This document shows positions 54,957 to 64,000 of a stretch of DNA of 64,000 nucleotides, one piece after another. A program made the translations under genes and the position numbers. Below the pieces are notes generated by a model. It was not told where the DNA came from. It was given only the letters and a program-made list of their open reading frames with translations, and made no database searches. The stretch lies in the NCBI RefSeq assembly GCF_006345805.1, contig NC_042997.1, positions 155,434,001 to 155,498,000 on the forward strand. The letters run 5' to 3'. The stretch is from Octopus sinensis (taxonomy: Eukaryota). The number at the start of each line of letters is the position of its first letter. The first letter of the stretch is position 1.

Positions 54957-55462
54957 ATATATATATTATATATATAGATAGATAGATAGAGATAGATAGA
55001 TAGATAGATAGATAGATATACATACATACATATACATATATTAGAAGAAATGAGGTAATCAGAAGATCGGACCTTCTGATTACCTCATTTCTTCTAATAT
55101 ATAATACCTGTACATCATCTCCAAACCTTCCAATACATATACATATACATATTTCGTTTTTGGATTTGGTTTGCAAGATTCTTTATATGAGTTCGTGTCT
55201 TGAAGCATTTTCTGTTGTGTCTGTGGAGAGTCATTCTCTTTTAGTGCCTTATTATTTAACACACTCACCGGTAAAATTTCCACTTATTTCTTATTTTTTA
55301 ATATTTTCTAAAATTTTCGTTGCGTCTTGCAACCTTACTATTGAAAAGGTTGCAAGACGCAACGAAAATTTTATAAAATAAAAATAAGAAATAAGCGGAA
55401 ATTTTACCGGTGAGTGTTAAATAAAAAGGCACTAAAAAAGAATGACTCTCCCCAGACACAAC
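54667..55462. repeat. Three consecutive palindromes in (TA)n: 54667-54836, 55038-55100 and 55213-55462
   Basis: Each has near-perfect reverse-complement arms with a short spacer. Confidence 0.9.
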
Positions 55463-55469
55463 AGTACAT

Positions 55470-55517
<48 letters not shown>

Positions 55518-55518
55518 A

Positions 55519-55564
<46 letters not shown>

Positions 55565-55567
55565 AGG

Positions 55568-55616
<49 letters not shown>

Positions 55617-55765
55617 GGTATTATATATATATATATATATATATAATATAATATATATATATATATATATAAGGTTAATCCAAACGGGAAAACAGAAAAA
55701 ACAACAACACGTGGAACAATTACAGTATATTATTATTAGGCGCTCAGGAAAATGGAAGAAGGAGG

Positions 55766-55800
55766 GTATGACGTTTCGAGCGGAGCTCTTCGTCGGAAAC
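55766..55800 (-). ncRNA. HHR-2 second copy, within element 55673-55870
   Basis: Minus strand reads GTTT-CCGACGA-A-GAGCTCCGCTC-GAAA-CG-TC-ATAC. Confidence 0.55.
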
Positions 55801-56012
55801 ATAGGAGAAAGAAAGATCCCGAGACGGGAGGACAGAGGAAAAAAAAAATTGCAGGTAGTCTTCACGAGGTCACATATATATATTACGGAGATGTACTCGC
55901 ATAGCAAGTAATTTGATCTGAGACCGTGTACTGAAACGAAAACAATTGCAGCGTGGAAGGTGTTTATAAGCCATTTAAGAAACACACAAAAGCCGTTCGT
56001 GCAGCACGGATT

Positions 56013-56062
56013 TTTGTCAGTGAACAGGTCGCGGATTTTAGCGACGAAAATATTTTGACAAA
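56013..56062 (+). ncRNA. Hammerhead ribozyme with a G3-C8 swapped core (HHR-5), in the loop of foldback 55942-56143
   Basis: TTTGTCA-GTGAACA-G-GTCGC(GGATTTTA)GCGAC-GAAA-ATAT-TT-TGACAAA: perfect 7-bp stem I, 5-bp stem II and palindromic stem III. Confidence 0.7.
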
Positions 56063-56143
56063 TTAAACTTAAATGTTGAAGTGAATCGAACGGCTTTTGT
56101 GTGTTTCTTAAATGGCTTATAAACACCTTCCACGCTGCAATTG

Positions 56144-56235
<92 letters not shown>

Positions 56236-56261
56236 ATATATTTATTTATTTTATAGAAGGA

Positions 56262-56310
56262 GCTTCTACAGGACTAGAACTGTTTCATTCAAATGAAATC
56301 ATCAGGAAGC
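56262..56310 (-). ncRNA. HHR-3 third copy with a CTGATGA core
   Basis: GCTTC-CTGATGA-TTTCATTTGAAT-GAAA-CAGTTCTAGTCCTG-TA-GAAGC. Confidence 0.75.
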
Positions 56311-56885
56311 CTCTATTCTGTAGAGGGGCAGATTGTTATTGAAATTTACAAGAATCACAAAGAGAAGAGGAAGGAAGTAGAATTTAATCAGTTACTGCTA
56401 TTAATGCTATCAAAGAGAAGGGAACGGGAAGCTAAGGGGATGGACACAAGTTGATACTATAAGAAAAATCTAAGCTTGTTTGGTGCAAAATTCTAACTGA
56501 GGTCAACAATTTATTTCTTTATTTATAAATGTTACTATTAATAGATTGTTAGGTTACAATGAGAGGTCATTAGAAAGGAAAGAAAAAAGGGGTTGTTGAT
56601 TAGCAATTCAATATGAGCTATATATAGACATGCACAAATTCTGTAAGTTTAAGACCTTTCATCGGATCTCCAGGAATCGAACTTTCTTCAATGCAGTTAA
56701 TCTTACACCGTCATTTGTATCTACCCCTTTTGATGTTTGGGAATTCTCTGATGTTTTTTCGGCTGACGAGTACGAGCCATCTGTATTTACTGCATTTTTT
56801 GTAGCTTATTAAAGATGTCCTCGTACGAAACAATTGTACCGAGATTTTAATCCATTCTTGTTGCTTTTTTCTATATTCTATATAT

Positions 56886-56962
<77 letters not shown>

Positions 56963-57214
56963 ACTGTTACGGCTGGAAGATGTATTTGATCATGGCTGAA
57001 CTGGGGTGTTAAGCAAATTACATCTACAATCCATCGAAAAACTTGTTTCTTATATATTTTGATTTTATTTCAAATTATTCTTTGATTCTACTGTGCATAC
57101 TCATGTTAACTATTAACAGCAAGGAAAATATGCCGTCATTGTTATTTAGCTCCAGGCCTGGCTAGAATTTCAATCATAAAAAGAGCAATTACTGATAACC
57201 TGGAAAATCCATAC

Positions 57215-57285
57215 CTCAGATTTTGGCATGTTGATGATTCTTCAAGTGGGACATCCTGGGGTGATGGACCTTTAGGTGGCAACAT
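57215..57285 (-). CDS. Candidate exon (MLPPKGPSPQDVPLEESSTCQNL), gene unidentified
   Basis: CACAG| acceptor, GAG|GTATGG donor and an open 71-nt frame in non-repeat sequence. No recognisable homology. Confidence 0.2.
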
Positions 57286-58419
57286 CTGTGATGATAATTT
57301 TTCGGGTAGGAGTAAAGAGAAAGGAGACTTTTGCAGTCATTCGATCTTCTAGAAAGAACAACCAAATCTCATTCAAATTGCGTTCTTCGGTTTCGAAAAA
57401 GAAAAGATACTCTGGGTTATGTACTTATAGATGTTTTAAAGGTTGGGGATAACGTTGATGGTTATGAAAAAACAAATTGAAGGGTTAATGATAAAAATAG
57501 AGGGGCGGCTATCTAATGATGTCACTATTACTGATTTCATCACAGAAATGTGAATATTACTGGTTCCATCGCAGAAATATGAATATTAATTCCAAATTAT
57601 AATTGAAATAAATGTTTCATTCAGGGTAATAATCACATCTGAATGGGACAGAAGATTCTACGAGATAGTCATACGAGTTTCAACGGACTTCAATAATTAA
57701 TAATATATAATAGAAAGGATTTCTGAATGAATAAAGCTTTAGACACGAATTGAATCATTTGAAATAGCGTTAGAAGGTTCAGAATATTCTGGAACTGAAG
57801 ATAAAAATATTATGCTGAAATGCCTAACATTACAAAATACAGAATACACAAGCTGGTAGTCAGGGCTGGATTAAACCCGATAGCACTTAAGATTTTGGTA
57901 CCCCCTTAATTATGTAATTCAAAATATAAACAATAATAAACCATAAGATAATTTTTTTCCGATCAAACAAAGCACTTCGAATATTTAATTAGCAAGTTTA
58001 AAATGATTCCTTTTGTGCCGTAAACCGTTTATAATTACTGTGGTATCCTCTTCTCTTGAACACGTGTTTATTTATCTTAAGGGTTAATCCAGCGCTGTTA
58101 ATAGTAACGCTTGACAATACAAAGCTGTTATGATGATACAACATAAAGGAACAGTAAAACAATGCAATGTCTAATAATACCAGAGTCTGATAGCGGTTTG
58201 AAGATAAAATGATAGAACAAATATGGGTCAAGATGCAGAAAATGTGAAAGAAACCGGAAAATGCAGTTGAAATCGGAAGTGACAACAGTGATATCCTATA
58301 ATTTCATAATATCTATATAACGTGAAAACGATGTATAGAAAGTAGTTACAGCTTTTGCACGGTCTCTAAACATATATTTCCACATATGCTCATACAGATA
58401 CGATGTTAATAAAGTATCA

Positions 58420-58790
58420 TTCATTCCACACTATCTCCTGAGTTTCTTCTTGGCAATTATCAACTGTCTTTTGATAGTCTGTGTATGGATGCTTTAATCG
58501 TTGGATCAGCAAAATTCAAGGAATGGTTCACAACTTCACAACTATATATGCGAGCGACCCGGACAAACATAACTTATTAATCGAATATTAAACGCGTCCT
58601 TGGTAATACCTATTGCGTTATAATAGGCCAAAATGTTGCGCACGTACGATCGAGGATCTCAATCAGGTAGCAATTACTTTGTACCGGCTTCTACTGCACC
58701 ATACATCCGATTCTTTTTATGCTGCTTACCCAGGTGATATTTTCGATGCATATATTGGATTTCACTATCGTCACTTCCAGTGCAATTTAC
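58420..58790 (-). pseudogene. Merlin (IS1595-like) transposase remnant
   Basis: Frameshifted reads HRKYHLGK...MYGAVEAGT, CYLIEILDRTCATFWPIITQ*VLPRTRLIFD and EVVNHSLNFADP match the Merlin motifs RKYHRG, DR...LPGT.I.SD and VNHS.NFVDP. Confidence 0.8.
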
Positions 58791-58793
58791 TTT

Positions 58794-59190
58794 TGGAGTG
58801 GCTGTGTGGTAAGTAGCTTGCTTACCAACCACATGGTTCCGGGTTCAGTCCCACTGCGTGACATCTTGTGCAAGTGTCTTCTACTATAGCCTCGGGCCGA
58901 CCAAAGCCTTGTGAGTGGATTTGGTTGACGGAAACTGAAAGAAGCCCATCGTATATATGTATATATATATATGTGTGTGTATGTTTGTGTGTCTGTGTTT
59001 GTCCCCCTAGCATTGCTTGACAACCGATGCTGGTGTGTTTACGTCCCCGTCACTTAGCGGTTTGGCAAAAGAGACCGATAGAAGTAGTAGGCTTACAAAG
59101 AATAAGTACCGGGGTCGATTTGCTCGACTAAAGATGGTGCTCCAGCATGGCCGCAGTCAAATGACTGAAACAAGTAAAAGAGTAAAGAGA
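58794..59190 (+). mobile_element. Full-length SINE family A inserted in the Merlin remnant
   Basis: Near-identical to the 22542-22935 family. Confidence 0.9.
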
Positions 59191-59692
59191 TTAACTGCGT
59201 GTTAACCCAAATGTGAGTAGAGTATCATTTGAAATGTCTTTATATTCGAGGATCAGAAATGCTTGGTCTCTCATTCTTTGGCGAATCACTTCGCATACTT
59301 GCTGCATTTCATATGAAAAGAATTTACTGTTCTAACCCAAGTATCGACGTTCGAGTTGATCTGTTGGAAATGCGTCGGTTGCAGTGGCTAGTTTCTAGGA
59401 TGTCACTAGAAGTGATGAGTATGCTACAAACTTCGTTGATAGCCACTTGTAGAAAAATTCTGAGTGCATGAGCGATAAAGTATACTATAGTAAAACGAAT
59501 AATAGTAATAATAATTGTAACAAGAGAACTCAGATAGCGCAAACCTCCGCCAACGCAATACCAACGTCCTTGACAATTAACCGGAGACGATTTTTAAAAT
59601 GAGAATATCTGAAATAAAATCGACTGCTCTCACAAACGAGAATACTAAAAATGAACCCGATCGCTCTCAAACGGAAGAATAATCCAAATATA

Positions 59693-59736
<44 letters not shown>

Positions 59737-59977
59737 TGAATGAGATGTGAAGGGAGAGGAAATAAATACTAATACAGTGAAGGAAAAGTAGTGAGAGTAA
59801 TAGCCATGACTGAGAGGGAGTGAGAGAAAGTAATGACAATGAGAAAGACCAAGCGAAGTGGCAGAGAGAGCGTCGTATGAATGAGAAAGGAAGGAGTAAT
59901 AGATGAATAACGAAGGAAGGGGTGAAAAAGCCGAAGTGTGAGTATATGTGGGTAAAAGAGAGGTATGTTTGCGTGCA

Positions 59978-60042
<65 letters not shown>

Positions 60043-60169
60043 TGCGTGCGTGTATGTATACAATGGAAATGAGATAGTAATGTTCATCGCTGAAGATGTG
60101 TGAGTATATGTGTTTATGTGTGTGCACGTACAAGAGAACTATGTGAAATTTTACATATACATGTAAAGT

Positions 60170-60392
60170 AAAGGAAATATAAAAAATAATCCAGAATCCT
60201 TGTCCGGTACTGGATAGATCCCAAAATCTAAGCGACCGTGCTAGTCACAAGCCAAACATCCCTGAAAGTTCCATCCGAATCCATCCAGCAGTTTCTGAGA
60301 TATCTTGTCCACAGACAAACAAAGAAACAAACAAACAAACAAACAAACACCACTGAAAACAATACCTCCGCCTTCGATTAGGTGGAGGTAAT
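60170..60392 (-). mobile_element. Helentron/DINE-1-like (HINE) fragment
   Basis: Terminal hairpin TACCTCCGCCT/AGGTGGAGGTA followed on the minus strand by a (GTTT)n microsatellite. Confidence 0.55.
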
Positions 60393-60627
60393 AATAAGAG
60401 TTCTTGAATAAAAACCGAAAAAACTGCAGGCATGACCATATAGTTAAAATATTCGCTTTGCAACCACGTGACTATGGACTGCCCTACGCTCCACCTTCTG
60501 CAAGTCCCTTTACCATGTCCTTGGAACGACTGTACGATTGTAAGGAAATTAGATGGAACCCGTGCAGAAGCCCTTCAGAAAGTATATGTGTGTGTGTGTG
60601 TGTATGAGTGTATGTATATCTGTATTT

Positions 60628-60736
<109 letters not shown>

Positions 60737-60761
60737 ATATATTATATATATATATATATAA

Positions 60762-60793
<32 letters not shown>

Positions 60794-61761
60794 AATACAT
60801 ATATATATAAATATAGATATACATACACTCACACACACACACACACATATATATTTATTATAAGCTTGGTAAGAAAATAAGTAGTACCTTATTTAATTAG
60901 AACAAGCCCTTTTCCCGAAATTGCTGGCCTTGTACCAAAATTTGAAATTTGAAAGCAATATTAAACACCCCTAATGTCACATGCTTAACGCAGATGTTTT
61001 GTTTAAAGAGTGTTGTGGTTTATCATCTAGGAAAAAGGTCCCTTTGAAACGAATAGTGTTAAAACGCATTACATACTTCAGAGCTAGACGAAGTGAAATC
61101 GCCCCAGGAGCGAACACGTGAATTGTAAATGCGTATTTCGCTGTAATTGAACTTTATCAATACCACACACTCGTGTTACATCCGAAAGGGAAATCGAAAT
61201 CTCTAGCCTGAAGTATATATTTATAGCGTAGAAACTATACAGACGTAATAAGAGTTCTCAGAGCCCAGAGGCAGGGGAAAACATATTTTCCCTCCATTAC
61301 CCTTTCTTGCTACATACGCCCAACGGTGGAGCAATCGGATGATGCTTACAAAAAATCTCAACGCTTGAAGCAGCGGATGAAGGGGACTATGTATGTCCTA
61401 CATGCTACCTAAGGCGCCACTTACAAATATAACTGGGTCAGCGGCAATCCATTGCAGTTTCATAACTGGATCCTACATGTCTCATTCAATATTGCTGCAG
61501 ACGAAAGTGTGTGGGTCACTTCCTGACAAGTTGAAATTCCACTTTAAGCAAATACACTTTCTTCAACGACGCCACTTCTGATTACCAACTCAATAAGTTA
61601 ATACAGTGAGTGTAGCATAGAACCACTATGGATAATACAAGCTCATTATCACCTCAATGTTAAGTGCATAGAGTGCTTGCTACACAGAAAACCAGTATAA
61701 ATTCGATGTTAAGTGAGTAGATTGAGTGTGAGGACAGAATTCTAAATGAGTTAAGTATGAA

Positions 61762-61966
61762 TTTGTACATGTGTGGACGTTTACATTTGTACATGTGTGG
61801 ACGTTTACACATGATTCAGTGTTTTTCCGCCGTAAAAATATTTTCTTCATTCAGTGATGTAATCTTCATTGAAGAAAATATTTTTACGGCGGAAAAACAC
61901 TGAATCATGTGTAAACGTCCACACATGTACAAATGTAATCTTCATTGAAGATTACATCACTGAATG
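61762..61966. repeat. Complex palindrome with internal duplications
   Basis: About 61781-61848 is the reverse complement of about 61870-61938. There is a 24-bp tandem duplication at the left and an inverted copy of the spacer at the right. Confidence 0.85.
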
Positions 61967-62121
61967 TAGCTGTTCAATTCTAATGATGTTTATTTAAAGA
62001 AGAGGACAGGACTTCCATTACTAGCAGGTCGTGGCGCCTCTGTCTTAGGGCCATTTTAAATCTATGACTATTATAAACGTATGCAAGTGCTTTTTATGTT
62101 GTCATGTTTAATCTTTACCTA

Positions 62122-62737
62122 TGTAACGAACTTAGTGAGTGAATATATCTTCTCTTGTACTTTCGGGGTACAAGAGGGTAATCACTAGCCGTTGCTTTAA
62201 TAATCCAGAATTCTACCAGTCAGAAACAACAAGACGCAGACGTAAAAGATATATATACTACTTTATTCTCTAATGTGGTAACAGTAACAATAAGTGGTTA
62301 TCTGGTATCCCTTTGGTTTTGGGCGCGCAAGGCTGAAAGTTAATCGATTGTAATATTTACAATGTTCAGCCGCTAAAAACAGAACGGGTTAAAGATGGCG
62401 GCGAACAATGGAGACGATGTTGGTCTGCAACAATTTGGTTAAAGGCCTTTTGGTAAGGTGCTGCTAGAAGCAAGTTCGAACGGAGAGAAAATATGCGTGA
62501 CCGTCGCCTTCAGTCGCTGCTGTCTCAAGTCGCTGGCTGCTTCTGCTAGCGGTCAAACGTTCTACGACCCCCTTGCCTTGGCTAACTACCACGTAGGCAA
62601 AAGGGTCGTGCTTCCGGTGGTTCGCACATGCGCGAGAGGGCCCTTCCTTTCTGTGCCTTGGTGAAGGCACCAACACTCGCACGCGCGAAATAGAAAATGG
62701 ACGGTGCGCGCACGCGCACCGTTATAGGATCACTACA
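62122..62737 (-). mobile_element. Solo LTR, diverged member of the 37021-39805 family
   Basis: TGTAACG...CACTACA, collinear with 37021-37631, with TSD CCTA at 62118-62121 and 62738-62741. Confidence 0.93.
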
Positions 62738-63907
62738 CCTATATAACCGTGATTTACACGCCATATTTTGGATTCCATTTGTTATATGTATTTATGTATA
62801 TGTGCGTGTATATGTATGTGTATGTGTGTGTGTGTGAGTTTAATATGAATGTATGTGTCCGAGATATGTAGCTCTTAACAAGCAAGCGATGTCTTTTATG
62901 TTTTGGCCAATGGGGAATATTCCGTATTCCTGCTTCTATTTCTCGTACCACACGCATGCATACGCACACGCACACACGCTGTTTATTGGGTGATGATGTT
63001 GGTGGTGCTGGCGATAGTAGTGGTGGTGTGGGGTGAGGTATTTACCTTGTGGGAAGTTCAAACCGAAACGTATGTTAGAACAACCGATTCTTTTCCTTGT
63101 TGTTGTAGTTGTTGCTGCCACTTCTGCAGAAACCCTCACCACCATCATCGTTGCCGTCGTTGCTGTCGTCGTCGTCGGACACCGAGAGGGGAGAACCCGG
63201 ATTAAATTATTTAACATATCATGGCCTTCGTGTGTTCCCTGCACCCGCATATCCACTTGTCCCTTTTTTGTGTGGCTATTTAGCAGCTCTTATATTCACC
63301 AGGAGGTGTTCTTTCCTTTTCCTTCTCTTTTTCTTTTTGGTGGGAGATATTGGGGGTGGTCAGGGGTAAGTCAGGGTTGCGATATATAAACAGCAGTGAT
63401 GTCACGGAGTCGGTTCAGTCGACCATATATTAACTCCCTTTTTTTCCCATCACCACCGTCATCATCCCTATCCATTCTTTTCCACATCAAAAATAGGAAC
63501 AACACTGCCTGTCGTGAAGCTTTAGGATTTGTATGTAAGGAAACGAAATTATCGTTGAAGGTCATCGTCAGTTGATAGTGGGCACAAACGAAACGCCACA
63601 TGATACTTCTGCCAAAAGTATCATGTGGAGTTTCTTTATGCCCAGTTCAGTTATGCAGTTCAGCTTTTGAAGGTCGATAGGTTGACATAATCGCCTAAAA
63701 CCTTTGTCAATGGTACTCCAGCATCGGTTCAGTCCGGCTACTCAAACTAGTAAAAGGTAAGAAGGCATACCTACACAACTGTTCCCTCCACCACTAACTT
63801 TGTTTCCTCATAACTTTTAGAAAAATAGTATTTTTTAATGAAAGTTTCTACAAATACCTTTCAGATGATGTAGGTTACAATTATATCGGAATTTAATGTA
63901 AAACATG

Positions 63908-64000
63908 TACCGTAAATCTTCGAGTATAATCCGCATTTTCTCCCAAAATTTAAAGGTCAAAATCCCTATTGCATACTATATACGAGGTTAAAAATGAAAA
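63908..64000. mobile_element. Start of a pogo/Tigger-like MITE
   Basis: TACCGTAAATCTTCGAGTATAATCCGCA terminal motif. Confidence 0.4.

Noticed and set aside
56660-56805. Terminal coding exon ending KKVRFLEIR
   Set aside because: Two frames are open, the splice phase does not match the candidate exon at 57215-57285 for this frame, and no homology is recognised.
62936-63389. Overlapping ORFs near 63 kb
   Set aside because: They arise from trinucleotide-rich low-complexity sequence with no recognisable domain. The region could be UTR but that is unsupported.

Overview
AT-rich, repeat-saturated animal genomic DNA. The SINE families and long (AT)n/(AC)n/(GATA)n tracts look cephalopod (Octopus-like); this is an inference. 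No intact, recognisable protein-coding gene is present, and the long ORFs in the track are microsatellite artefacts. The window holds decayed mariner and Merlin transposases, RTE, CR1/L2-like, R4/Dong-type and Penelope retroelement fragments, tRNA-derived SINEs, MITEs and non-autonomous Helitrons. A complete non-coding LTR retroelement (4-bp TSD, tRNA-Trp PBS, PPT) is nested inside a mariner, and a solo LTR of the same family lies 22 kb away. The main signal is at least five sequence-unrelated type I hammerhead ribozyme motifs (nine copies). One sits on a tRNA-headed SINE at 30.1-30.3 kb; the other four sit on short non-coding elements in (TA)n tracts at 42.7-56.3 kb, often as foldback copies. 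One has a G3-C8 swapped core. A weakly supported minus-strand spliced gene may start at about 34.3 kb and run into a CpG-depleted domain. All structures were folded by eye and none was computed.
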